Part shown: positions 1-9,721 of the stretch, piece by piece
Layout: every line of letters starts with the position of its first letter
Numbering within the stretch: the first letter of the stretch is position 1
Assembly (NCBI GenBank): GCA_016745075.1
Contig: JADGDD010000008.1
Location: 10,678-74,677 of the forward strand
DNA length: 64,000 bases
Direction of reading: 5' to 3'
Source of the DNA: Planctomycetota bacterium
Lineage (GTDB): Bacteria > Planctomycetota > UBA11346
The notes under the pieces: model-generated
The model's input: only the letters and a program-made list of their open reading frames with translations
Database searches by the model: none
Told to the model about the DNA's origin: nothing
Program-made: the position numbers and the translations under genes

Positions 1-500
1 CCTTAGAGATAGGTACATACACAGGATACAGTACACTAAGCGTAGCATTGGCAATGCCAGCTGACAGCATGACTATTACTTGTGACATTAATTCAGACTG
101 GGCAAGTATTGGCAAGAAATACTGGAAACAAGCTGGTGTAGACAATAAAATCGACCTGAGAATAGGCCCTGCATTGGATACTCTTGATAAGCTGATACAT
201 GACGGACAAGAAAACTCCTTTGACTTCTCTTTTATAGACGCAGATAAGATAAATTATGATGGGTATTTTGAAAAATCACTGAAGCTATTACGTCCCGGTG
301 GGCTACTGGCTATTGATAATGTGTTTCTTTTTGGTTCTGTTGTTGATTTAGGATTATTGGACAAAGATTTGAGAGCAAGGATATCTGATACAGACATTTT
401 AACAATGCGTATTCTTAATGAAAAAATAAAACATGATGAACGGGTAGATTTGACAATGTTATCCATAGCCGATGGCCTGACACTGGTACGTAAGAGATAA
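1..500 (+). CDS. Class I SAM-dependent O-methyltransferase, family 3 (caffeoyl-CoA OMT-like); 5' end lies upstream of the window
   Basis: Open frame runs from the window edge (frame of nt 3) to TAA at 498-500; translation LEIGTYTGYSTLSVALAMP ... FIDADKINYDGYFEKSLKLLRPGGLLAIDNVF carries SAM-binding and OMT family-3 blocks. Confidence 0.75.
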   Translation, partial: LEIGTYTGYSTLSVALAMPADSMTITCDINSDWASIGKKYWKQAGVDNKIDLRIGPALDTLDKLIHDGQENSFDFSFIDADKINYDGYFEKSLKLLRPGGLLAIDNVFLFGSVVDLGLLDKDLRARISDTDILTMRILNEKIKHDERVDLTMLSIADGLTLVRKR

Positions 501-1028
501 AATAAAGAAACAGAACAATACCCTCCAGCCGAAATACAAATACACCGCTAATCTGTACTTCTACATTAAGTATTAATAACAAGCCTTATAATGTCTGCCT
601 GCTAACGTGAGAGAGGTATCCATATGGTGTTAGGGAAATAGGTTATTAACATTAAGAACTGAAAACCATAGACCGACACTTACTGTAGCAGATCTTTGCG
701 ATGAAGGTAACATTAGCTCTATATCTACAGAAAAGGTAAACAACATCTTTCCATCACTAAAACTATATTTCGGTGCAGAAGCGCAGGCGAGTAGAGTACT
801 ATAGACATCTCTATCCACTTCTGACACTTCATTTCATTCTATCAGCTTTCCCGAATCCCCTTGCACCCATCTACTATAGGCGTAGTATATAAACAGAATT
901 ACCTTTCTTCTTCTTGTCCTTTGCGAAGGAGCACACGCACATCCACCACACTCTTCATGAACGTACCTAAAATCGAAACTGCTCTTTTGACTCCAGAACA
1001 ACACGTACAGGCGAGGAAACAACATGCC

Positions 1029-3626
1029 ATGCACACACCAAAACACGTAGACATTGCACGCAAACTTCTGTTCAGTTTCCTTTTGATGTGGTTAATTTTT
1101 CTGTCTTTTGGGGTGTTATCAGTTTATTGGGTTGATAACGCCAGCACGCTCACACGTACGTTTTACAACCAACCCTTAGTCGTTTCCAATGCAGTTCTAC
1201 AAGCAAATATTTCCATCACCAAAATGCATCGTAATATGAAGGATGTTGTGCTCTTCTCAGGGATAGAACGTAGCCAAAATGCTATTGCAAACGTAAAACA
1301 ACACGAACAAGAGGTCTATGAGCAACTAACCATCATACAGTCAAAGATATGGGGGGCAGACGGGCAAAAGCGAGTAACCGAAACTCGTAGAGTATTTGAT
1401 CAATGGAGACCCATTCGTATGGAAGTGATTGATCTCGCCTCAAATGGTAAACGTCAAGAAGCGTCTGAAATAACAATAGAAAAAGGGGCAAAGCATGTTG
1501 CCGAGTTAGAAAAGAAAATACTTCAACTCACGCAATATGCACAAAACAGATCGCTGCTCTTTATTCAGGAAGCTGAAGACACTCAATTTCACACCACAAT
1601 TTTTACCGTAACATTTCTATGTTTGGGTACGCTTGGCTCCTTTCTCATTGCACATGTTACCATACAGCAAACAACACGCTCTGAAGAAAAACTCCTAGAG
1701 AGTGAAGAAAAATACCGTGTTTTAGTTGAAAATATGGATGATGGCGTCAGCACTATGGATAAACATGGTATTTTCCACTACGCAAATGAACGGTTTGCAG
1801 AAATTTTTGGCTATCAACTTAATGAAATTATCGGAACACACTGGACTGATATTTTTGACAACACATCACATAAAATGATACGTAACCAAATTGCTCAGCG
1901 TAAAGCTGGAGTGACCAGCGTTTATGAAATAGAACATACCACGTGCGATGGTAAAGAATTGTTTTTGCGAGTCTCTGCTGTACCGGTCTACAACCGTAAC
2001 GGCGAAATGAACGGTAGCACTGGAGTCGTTTCTGACATTACCAATCACAAACAGTTTGAGCAAACACTGATGCAAGCAAAAACGGAAGCTGATGTTGCTA
2101 ACCGTACAAAATCAGAATTCCTTGCCAATATGAGCCATGAAATCCGTACACCTATGAATGCAATAATCGGATTTAGCGACCTTCTACTTAATGAGAACAA
2201 AAAACGAGCACAATATGATAAACTCTCCGCAAAAGACATCACTCAAATACAAAAAATATCTATCTCGGCAAAAAACTTACTCTCTGTTATTAATGACATT
2301 CTTGATTTCTCTAAAGTTGAAGCTGGAAAGTTAGAAATTGAAAGCATCGACTTTGATCTTCGTATTATCCTCCATAACATGCAGACTCTTCTCCAAAAAA
2401 GCGCACAACAAAATAACGTCACCTTCTCTGTGACTATTGCCGAGAATGTTCCTTATTTTTTGAAAGGTGATCCTCATAGACTGTACCAAGTACTTCTCAA
2501 CCTCACTAATAATGCGATTCAATTTACACATAATGGTACTGTCTCCATATATATCACGCAAGAAAAGCATGCTTCTACAGGAGTGCAACTACGGTTCATG
2601 GTGGAAGATACTGGAATTGGCATTCCAGCCAAACTACAAAACAAAATATTTAATGCATTTAGTCAAGCTGACTCGTCTCATGCCCGCCGCTACGGAGGCA
2701 CAGGTTTAGGATTGGTCATTTCCAAACGGCTTGCACAATTGATGGGTGGGGAAATAACATTCTCCAGCACCGAAGGTAGAGGTAGCACATTTTACTTCAC
2801 GACCACTTTCGATGTTGGCACCATGCCAATACGTAATGACCATACGGCAGATTTCAAAGTCCACAATTTACGCATTCTCTTAGTTGAAGACAACCTGTTC
2901 AATCAAGAACTCATTACTGCCATTCTTAACAATCAGAAAATCACCATTGCCAACAACGGTAAAGAGGCGGCAAATATTTTGGAACAAGAATGTTTTGATA
3001 TGATCTTAATGGACATTCAGATGCCCATTATGGATGGATTTGAAACAACCACTCTTATCCGCGATCGTCATTCAAATATTCTTGATCACGATGTTTTTAT
3101 TACTGCAATGACTGCCCATGCTACAAAAGAAGACCGTCAAAAATGTTTTGACACAGGAATGAATAAATATTTACCCAAACCACTTGAGGCCGATGCCTTA
3201 CTCTTCATTATTAATCAACACTTTGGCAAGACCCACAGCGCCAGCACTTTCCGAAAACAGCAATCACACAGTACATTATTAAATATACCATTATTTCTAG
3301 ATAACATACGCAATAATAAACAATTAGCGGCTAAAATGATTGGTATTTTTCTTGATGGTTGCCGAGAAAAATGTACGACTATCAAGACAGCCATCCACAA
3401 CAATGATGCAAACATGCTGAGCTCTTCTGCCCACTCCTTCAAAGGCATGTTGTCTTATTTCTGTCAGCAAGGCACAAAACTGTCCTATCAGCTCGAACAA
3501 ATAGGAACATCAGGAGAAATTAAGCAAGAAGATGCTATTTTATTCTTTGACCAACTTGAAAGCATCGTACATCGTATAGAACCAGAGCTTAAAGACCTTA
3601 AGTCTACATGGGATACCTGCGCTTAA
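1029..3626 (+). CDS. Hybrid sensor histidine kinase/response regulator (TM sensor region, PAS, HisKA, HATPase_c, receiver, C-terminal HPt)
   Basis: Two hydrophobic segments flank a ~160-aa putative periplasmic region; PAS-like block; H-box ANMSHEIRTPMNAIIGFSDLL; ATPase G-boxes EDTGIGIP and GGTGLGLVISKRLAQLMGG; receiver ILLVEDN...LMDIQMPIMDGFE; HPt-like SAHSFKGMLSYF. Start ambiguous (in-frame candidates 861 TTG/ATG, 957, 1029); 1029 chosen because GAGG lies ~12 nt upstream and a TM helix follows. Confidence 0.85.
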   Translation: MHTPKHVDIARKLLFSFLLMWLIFLSFGVLSVYWVDNASTLTRTFYNQPLVVSNAVLQANISITKMHRNMKDVVLFSGIERSQNAIANVKQHEQEVYEQLTIIQSKIWGADGQKRVTETRRVFDQWRPIRMEVIDLASNGKRQEASEITIEKGAKHVAELEKKILQLTQYAQNRSLLFIQEAEDTQFHTTIFTVTFLCLGTLGSFLIAHVTIQQTTRSEEKLLESEEKYRVLVENMDDGVSTMDKHGIFHYANERFAEIFGYQLNEIIGTHWTDIFDNTSHKMIRNQIAQRKAGVTSVYEIEHTTCDGKELFLRVSAVPVYNRNGEMNGSTGVVSDITNHKQFEQTLMQAKTEADVANRTKSEFLANMSHEIRTPMNAIIGFSDLLLNENKKRAQYDKLSAKDITQIQKISISAKNLLSVINDILDFSKVEAGKLEIESIDFDLRIILHNMQTLLQKSAQQNNVTFSVTIAENVPYFLKGDPHRLYQVLLNLTNNAIQFTHNGTVSIYITQEKHASTGVQLRFMVEDTGIGIPAKLQNKIFNAFSQADSSHARRYGGTGLGLVISKRLAQLMGGEITFSSTEGRGSTFYFTTTFDVGTMPIRNDHTADFKVHNLRILLVEDNLFNQELITAILNNQKITIANNGKEAANILEQECFDMILMDIQMPIMDGFETTTLIRDRHSNILDHDVFITAMTAHATKEDRQKCFDTGMNKYLPKPLEADALLFIINQHFGKTHSASTFRKQQSHSTLLNIPLFLDNIRNNKQLAAKMIGIFLDGCREKCTTIKTAIHNNDANMLSSSAHSFKGMLSYFCQQGTKLSYQLEQIGTSGEIKQEDAILFFDQLESIVHRIEPELKDLKSTWDTCA

Positions 3627-3882
3627 TGGTTCTTTTTTCCTCTGACAATATCCCGTCGTGCAAGCTATCGGCTAGGGCAACATGGTACAAAACACCTCTG
3701 TACGTAGGGTTCGTATGCCAACTGGTTATACATAGGCTGTTTTCAATCGGTCATCTCTTCTCCTCAACTTGCGCACCAAAGCCGTTCTTATAAGGTCTTG
3801 GTTTTCCACCACCTGTAACGATGTGCCTATGGCCTACCGTTACATTACTCTTGGTAGAGAGTCCTACCGAACGGAGACATCT

Positions 3883-4461
3883 ATGTCTAAAAGCATTATA
3901 GGCACCCAAACCGAAAAAAACCTCTTACTTGCTTTTGCTGGTGAATCACAAGCACGCAACCGCTACACCTTCTTTGCCAGTGCTGCAAAGAAAGAAGGCC
4001 TAGTACAAATTGCTGACATTTTTTCCGAAACTGCTGAACAAGAGAAAGAACACGCTAAACGTTTTTTCAAGTTCTTAGAAGGTGGTGATCTACAAATTAC
4101 AGAAACCTTTCCTGCTGGAAAAGTGGGCAGCACTCTTGAAAATCTACGAGCTGCAGCCGCAGGCGAAGAACATGAATGGGAAGAAGTCTATCCAGCATTT
4201 GCTCAAGTTGCTCGTGATGAAGGTTTCCCACAAATTGCTACTGCCTTCGAAGCCATTGCCATAGCAGAAAAACAACACGGCAAACGCTACAAAGACCTTG
4301 CCGATAACCTTGATGCAGGGCAAGTCTTTAAAAGAAATGGACAAGTTGTGTGGCGCTGCCGTAACTGTGGTTACCTCCATGAAGCAGAAGATGCTCCTAA
4401 AGTTTGTCCTGCCTGTTTGCATGCACAAGCTCACTTTGAAATACTAGCCGAAAACTGGTAG
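3883..4461 (+). CDS. rbr: Rubrerythrin (ferritin-like diiron domain plus C-terminal rubredoxin-like CxxC...CxxC)
   Basis: NLLLAFAGESQARNRYTFFA ... EEHEW ... C-terminal RCRNCGYLHE...VCPACLHAQ; start moved to ATG 3883 (MSKSIIGT) inside the longer listed ORF. Confidence 0.9.
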   Translation: MSKSIIGTQTEKNLLLAFAGESQARNRYTFFASAAKKEGLVQIADIFSETAEQEKEHAKRFFKFLEGGDLQITETFPAGKVGSTLENLRAAAAGEEHEWEEVYPAFAQVARDEGFPQIATAFEAIAIAEKQHGKRYKDLADNLDAGQVFKRNGQVVWRCRNCGYLHEAEDAPKVCPACLHAQAHFEILAENW

Positions 4462-4508
4462 CACGTCTTCACTTAGTATCAGCTGATTCTAAGAATTTCT
4501 AGAAGCGA

Positions 4509-4551
4509 ATTCTATGAAACAGGCTCACTGTGTAAGCCTGTTTCATAGAAT
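4509..4551. terminator. Bidirectional hairpin between convergent rubrerythrin and glycyl-radical-enzyme genes
   Basis: Perfect 16-bp inverted repeat attctatgaaacaggc / gcctgtttcatagaat with an 11-nt loop, lying between the two stop codons; T-rich flank on the + side. Confidence 0.5.
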
Positions 4552-4558
4552 ATAGATT

Positions 4559-6913
4559 TTAGTTCAAAGTCCGTTCTAACACCTCTCTCTGAACCTTAGG
4601 CGGAAGCTCAACAAAACGTGCGGAAAAACCACCGACTCGTACAATAAGGTTCTGCCATTTCTCTGGTTCTTTCAGTGCAGCCTCAAGGTCTCCTTTGCCA
4701 ACGACGTTAATCATGGCTTGTGGTCCGCCAGAACGAAAATAGACGGCAAGTAGGGCTTCAAATTTTGTACGCGTTTTGGTGACAGTCTCTTTGGAAAATT
4801 TCATATTTTGAGTCGTGCCTGCATGGCAGTCTGTACGCAATGATAACAATGAATTCAAAAAGGCGGTTACGCCGGACTTGTCTGCACCAGGCTGAGGGTT
4901 GTTAGCATTAGCAAGATGATCCCAATCATATCGACCATCAGCAGAAGCCATGGTTTGGCTTCCCAATCCAACATTAGCCTGGTTATTGATCACAACAATT
5001 AAATAGGAAGCAAGCCCAATACGCTGCGCTTGTGCTGCTGTGCTTTCACAACAACGTTCGTGAATACAGGCGGCCATGGCATCTGCCTCTGTATGTTCAT
5101 TTCCATATTTTGGGACCGCTAGCAATTGTTGGCGTATATGTTCATGTCCTTCAAAGTTAACAGCGAGTGCAGACATCAATTCATCTGCACTGATTTTTTT
5201 CTGTTCATACACGAGGTGCTTTATTGCGAGGAGAGAGTCTGCGACGTTTATTTGCCCGTAGGATTCTAGCGTTCCCCCGAGGTGAGCCAAGCCACCATCA
5301 AACATACCTGCACCTGCTTCCAAGCAGTCATCATATAACAAACTCCAAAGTCCATAGGCGCAGTGGTCTGCTACAACTTTATACTCCAATGCCTGTTGAT
5401 CTGCGAGTAACTCTATCCAATAATCCATATTTTGGAAATACATCTTTAACAACTGATCAAAATCAGGGATGTCACGCAGCAAGGCACAAGCCGGCATGTA
5501 GGTTTTTCTCCCTGTATAGGGCTCGGTATTATTATGGAGCATGCATTCTAATATTTTGCTATGATTAAAAACACCAGACGGTGTGCCAAAGCTCTTTTTA
5601 TACAATACATATTCACCACAGCCATAGGGCACATACTGTTCTGCCCATTCTTCTGATACCTGAAATGCTTTTTGTACCGATGGTATATTAACATCATCGT
5701 TGTATAACATCGGGAAGGTGTGTCCTTCCGCGATACTATCCAAGGCATGACTATATAATTCTGGATCTTGGCCAGTATAAAAACGCAGAGACAATTGTGG
5801 AGCTGGCAAGCAAACACGTCTTGTTGCTTCTATGGCCACATGGGCAAAACGATTTGCTGCCTGCTCGTTACGTCGCCCTTTACCACCAATGATAATACGG
5901 TTATCGTAGGGCGCTCCATTATAGTTTATTATGTCCCAAAGGTTTGCACAAAGGTCTAGCGCTTCGGCTTCTGTTAATCGACCAGCTTCCAAATCAGCAA
6001 CAAGAAAATCCCCTAAATATTCATCCATTCGCCCCCATGAATACGTAGCAGAATACACACCATAGAGTAAGGTTAATTGCATCGCCTCATGTAAGGTTTG
6101 AGGAGCATTTTTTGTAATAGCAAGCAAAGCTGTGCGCATCTGCATGCATCCCAAGCGCTGCTGTTCGTCTATACACGTATGTGCGATTAAGCCCGCGTGC
6201 TCTGCTAATGCCACGGCGCAGGTTTTTATTCCATCGAGAGAAATAAGTAGGCCATCATACATGGCCACAGGCTCATTGGCCGCTTCAGCTCGCATTTTTC
6301 TGTGTTGCACATCTGCATATAAACCGGGTAATCCTTTTTTCATTAATTTATCATAGTCAAAGTGTGGGCCGGTATTGCGCACCAAAGGGTGGCCTACACT
6401 TGCTGCCTCCTTGAGAGACAAATTATTAATGGCAGGCATTTCTCGTTTCATTTCTGGAGTCAATGCCGCTTCAAATCGTGCACAGGTCGTTTCTGTTTCC
6501 CAAAAGTCTACAATACCTTGCAATTCTGTTCGTACCGCATCATCTGGCTGGAGGTCTTCTATTTTTTTGTCCAAAATATTTTTATGACAATAATATCCTG
6601 CACCAGGACCAGAGCCAGGACACAATGGTAGAAAACCCAATGCTGGAATGTGATGCTTGGCCGCATTCCATTTATACAATACCGCATCTACGCCCGGCGT
6701 TGCAATGCAGCGACCTGCTAACAAATCATTCGGTTTCACAGGAGATAAAGTTGCTGGATACTGTGCTGCTAGACAACGGGCTTCTCGAATCGCTTTATCT
6801 TCATCAATGTTCGCTTTATAGACAGCGGTGAACTGGCGTTCTACTTGGAATGCATCTTCACAAAATGGATGTACAGCATGCGTAGATACCGTGTATAATG
6901 GTGCGTTTGTCAT
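4559..6913 (-). CDS. Glycyl radical enzyme (pyruvate formate-lyase / PFL2 superfamily), substrate unknown
   Basis: 784 aa; C-terminal glycyl radical motif IVRVGGFSARFVELPPKVQREVLERT; mid-protein GCGE loop consistent with the thiyl-radical Cys/Glu site; RBS GAAGGA before ATG at 6913. Confidence 0.85.
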   Translation of the reverse strand: MTNAPLYTVSTHAVHPFCEDAFQVERQFTAVYKANIDEDKAIREARCLAAQYPATLSPVKPNDLLAGRCIATPGVDAVLYKWNAAKHHIPALGFLPLCPGSGPGAGYYCHKNILDKKIEDLQPDDAVRTELQGIVDFWETETTCARFEAALTPEMKREMPAINNLSLKEAASVGHPLVRNTGPHFDYDKLMKKGLPGLYADVQHRKMRAEAANEPVAMYDGLLISLDGIKTCAVALAEHAGLIAHTCIDEQQRLGCMQMRTALLAITKNAPQTLHEAMQLTLLYGVYSATYSWGRMDEYLGDFLVADLEAGRLTEAEALDLCANLWDIINYNGAPYDNRIIIGGKGRRNEQAANRFAHVAIEATRRVCLPAPQLSLRFYTGQDPELYSHALDSIAEGHTFPMLYNDDVNIPSVQKAFQVSEEWAEQYVPYGCGEYVLYKKSFGTPSGVFNHSKILECMLHNNTEPYTGRKTYMPACALLRDIPDFDQLLKMYFQNMDYWIELLADQQALEYKVVADHCAYGLWSLLYDDCLEAGAGMFDGGLAHLGGTLESYGQINVADSLLAIKHLVYEQKKISADELMSALAVNFEGHEHIRQQLLAVPKYGNEHTEADAMAACIHERCCESTAAQAQRIGLASYLIVVINNQANVGLGSQTMASADGRYDWDHLANANNPQPGADKSGVTAFLNSLLSLRTDCHAGTTQNMKFSKETVTKTRTKFEALLAVYFRSGGPQAMINVVGKGDLEAALKEPEKWQNLIVRVGGFSARFVELPPKVQREVLERTLN

Positions 6914-6916
6914 AAT

Positions 6917-7894
6917 TTATTTCCTTCTGTTTAATTTTATATAACGCCCACCAAGTAGCCATTCACTGATATACAGATTTCCATCTGCATCTGCGGTTAT
7001 GCCATGAGGGCTGTTTAGTATCCCTACTGGTAAATCAGGTGGTTGTAATTCATTCTTTTCATTAAGAGCATTGGGCCAGCCCGGACGTGATACACATTCT
7101 TTTCCATCTGCCAGAGTTGCTACTACCGCATTCTCTGCATCCAAAACGACTAACTGCGCACATAAATCGACTATAATCACATATGTTTCGACTTGAGCAA
7201 ATGCACTTGGGCTCCGAAATTCTTTATGGGTTATTACTGAGTGAAAACAACCCGTACTATCAAATATTTGGACGCGACCATTTCCTCTATCTGCCACATA
7301 GATCAAGGTCTGTTCTACTCTACGCGTATCAATCCAGACGCTATGCGGACAGGCAAAGAGACCTGCTCCTTCGCTACCATTTATACTGCACACATGCTGA
7401 CCGCTCGCACTGAGACAATGGACAACGCCATACCCATAGCCATCTGCTATCCATATGTGTCCAGTTTCTGTATCTACGGCTACGCCGGTTGGTTTAAATT
7501 GTGTGTCATCTGCACTGTACCCACAGTGTTCTGGACCAAAACGTTGGACCACCGCTCCCGTACCCGTACAGACAAGCACTTGACCAATACCATGTTTGGT
7601 TTCATCACCATCTTTATGACCAATATCCGCTACTAAAATGTAATTTTCATTTTCACTCCGCATACAGCATAAGGCGTGCGTTTCTACCACAGGTGCTGCA
7701 ATTTCAGCAACACGTAGAAGCTTTCCTGCGGGACTATAAAAAGACAAGACGGGATCATTAACATCACCAACGACAATCTCACCATCTGCGGTACAAGCCA
7801 TACCATGATGTGAAAAATATTCTGGTTTAGAGGGACGCTGACCCCAATTTTCTTGCCATTCAAAGTTCAGTGGTCCAGCTTGCAATTGAGTCAT
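6917..7894 (-). CDS. NHL-repeat six-bladed beta-propeller protein
   Basis: Repeated blade motifs such as YVADRGNGRVQIFD, HIWIADGYGYGVV, NLYISEWL; start ATG overlaps the upstream PhyH stop (ATGA). Confidence 0.6.
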   Translation of the reverse strand: MTQLQAGPLNFEWQENWGQRPSKPEYFSHHGMACTADGEIVVGDVNDPVLSFYSPAGKLLRVAEIAAPVVETHALCCMRSENENYILVADIGHKDGDETKHGIGQVLVCTGTGAVVQRFGPEHCGYSADDTQFKPTGVAVDTETGHIWIADGYGYGVVHCLSASGQHVCSINGSEGAGLFACPHSVWIDTRRVEQTLIYVADRGNGRVQIFDSTGCFHSVITHKEFRSPSAFAQVETYVIIVDLCAQLVVLDAENAVVATLADGKECVSRPGWPNALNEKNELQPPDLPVGILNSPHGITADADGNLYISEWLLGGRYIKLNRRK

Positions 7895-8697
7895 TGTTCA
7901 TGCCCTACTGCTTGCCCAATAAGCTTCTCTCGCCATGAATTGTTTATCTCATATGGCTGCGCATAGGTATTGCCCGCCTGATCTTCTCCACGTGCAAGGT
8001 AAATGCGAAAGTCGGGATCATTTTCGTGTTGCGTAAAATGACAATCCGCAGAAAAATATCTGAGCGTTAATCCACAACGACGAATCATACTCGTATTGGG
8101 ATTACTGCCATGAATAATTCGGCCATCATGAATAGAACAATGGTTCGGATCTAATTCAAAAGCAACAGCACTATCTTTATCAAAACTACCAGCATCAATT
8201 TCTTCAGCAAAAACCGCATCATCCTTTACAAGGTGATAATTATGATCTGCAAGCAGGTGACTACCTGGGATAACCTGCAAGCACCCATTTTCTTTGAGAG
8301 ACGGGTCTAAAGCCAGCCACACCGTACAGACCGAATCCATACGGTCCAGCATACCAGCCCAATACGCACTATCTTCATGCCATGGAATACGCCGACCCGT
8401 ACCTGCTGGTTTGGTGATGAAATGGGTAGTAAATAGAACAATATTTGGGCCAATCAATTGCTCTACCATATCTAAAACCGTATCATGCAATGCCCACCTG
8501 AATAATTCAGGGAAAAGAAAATGTGGTTTATCCATTTCTTCTGGACGGCCATTATAGATCTCTTTCCATTCTGTAGCGATAGATTCATGATAGCACTGTA
8601 AATCAGTAAAATCTTGCTCAGATAATAATGGTGCTGTTGGTACTATATAACCTTGTTTTTTATAGGCAGCACACTCAGCGGCAGATAAAATTGCCAT
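7891..8697 (-). CDS. Phytanoyl-CoA dioxygenase (PhyH) family Fe(II)/2-oxoglutarate-dependent oxygenase
   Basis: PWHEDSAYW (HxD iron ligands) and a downstream His in IIHGSNPN; ATG at 8697 preceded by AAGGAG (the listed ORF begins at an in-frame TTG at 8700). Confidence 0.75.
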   Translation of the reverse strand: MAILSAAECAAYKKQGYIVPTAPLLSEQDFTDLQCYHESIATEWKEIYNGRPEEMDKPHFLFPELFRWALHDTVLDMVEQLIGPNIVLFTTHFITKPAGTGRRIPWHEDSAYWAGMLDRMDSVCTVWLALDPSLKENGCLQVIPGSHLLADHNYHLVKDDAVFAEEIDAGSFDKDSAVAFELDPNHCSIHDGRIIHGSNPNTSMIRRCGLTLRYFSADCHFTQHENDPDFRIYLARGEDQAGNTYAQPYEINNSWREKLIGQAVGHEQ

Positions 8698-8826
8698 CAA
8701 ATCTCCTTTTCTTCTCTCATCATTATATGAGCCGATAAAAGGGAAATCCTGTCATATTGTGATGAAAAACGACCCTCTTGTGATGTTTGCTTGCCATTTT
8801 AACCTTCCGCACTATCTTTTCGTGAT

Positions 8827-9666
8827 ATGTCCATGCAATTATTTTGGGATGACATCTGCGAACACAGCCCTGGGAATATGCTCCGCTGTGCTCAAGGTTA
8901 TTACACACCTGGATACCGTTTTCAGCAGCACTATCATGACTTTGCTGAATTCTTTCTCATCACAGAGGGTGAAGGTTATCATTACTGCGATGGCCATCGA
9001 TCTCCCTTACGAGCATCTTCCTGCTGCTTTATTCACCCAGATTGTGAACATTCTCTGACCGCTTCTGAAGAGAGCAGCATGTCCATCATCAACGTGGCCA
9101 TAGCTCCTCAATTATGGACCCATATTCACGATCTCTATTTTGATACTGCACAAGACTGGTTTTGGAGCCGCTCCAAAGGTTGTTCTGTTCATCACGTTCC
9201 CGAACAGGCTCGGCGGTCATTTATGGATGCAGTCACTGAATTAGAACAAGACCACTCAAGTCGCCTAGCAGAAGATGCGCTCCTTTTGCATTTTATCAAT
9301 ACGTTCACCACGACCACCACACAAACAAATAGCAATAAAGCACCACAATGGCTACAAGAACTACTGCTGACCATGAACGAACCAAAATATTTCCAAGACA
9401 GCATGGAGGCTATGGTGCGCTTAAGCGAAAAAAGCAGAGAACATATTAATCGAAGTATTCGTACATACTATCAACAAACGGCCACTGAATATATGAATGG
9501 ATTACGCATGCGCTATTCCTGCCGTCGCTTGCTTGAAAGCACTGATAGCATCATGAAGATTGCTCTTGATTGCGGATTTGAATCTCAAGCCCATTTTTTT
9601 CGCCTCTTTAAAAAGACACACCACTGCACGCCACGACAATTTAGAATGACTCGTAAAGTTCTCTAA
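8827..9666 (+). CDS. AraC family transcriptional regulator (cupin-like N-domain plus C-terminal AraC HTH)
   Basis: C-terminal SCRRLLESTDSIMKIALDCGFESQAHFFRLFKKTHHCTPRQFR is a typical AraC-type HTH pair; divergent from the PhyH-NHL-GRE operon. Confidence 0.8.
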   Translation: MSMQLFWDDICEHSPGNMLRCAQGYYTPGYRFQQHYHDFAEFFLITEGEGYHYCDGHRSPLRASSCCFIHPDCEHSLTASEESSMSIINVAIAPQLWTHIHDLYFDTAQDWFWSRSKGCSVHHVPEQARRSFMDAVTELEQDHSSRLAEDALLLHFINTFTTTTTQTNSNKAPQWLQELLLTMNEPKYFQDSMEAMVRLSEKSREHINRSIRTYYQQTATEYMNGLRMRYSCRRLLESTDSIMKIALDCGFESQAHFFRLFKKTHHCTPRQFRMTRKVL

Positions 9667-9721
9667 ACCGTAGCAGTCACAACTTATTTCTTCATCACAC
9701 GCTATCCAAAGGGTTTCCTCT

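Noticed and set aside
861-1028. Upstream extension of the sensor kinase ORF (starts at 861 or 957)
   Set aside because: No RBS for either; the extension is hydrophilic and low-complexity, while ATG 1029 is followed directly by a basic N-terminus and TM helix. Kept as an alternative, not excluded.
5076-6831. Multiple 60-120-aa ORFs antisense to or out of frame with the glycyl radical enzyme gene
   Set aside because: Shadow ORFs inside a well-supported 784-aa gene; low-complexity and Cys/Arg-rich.
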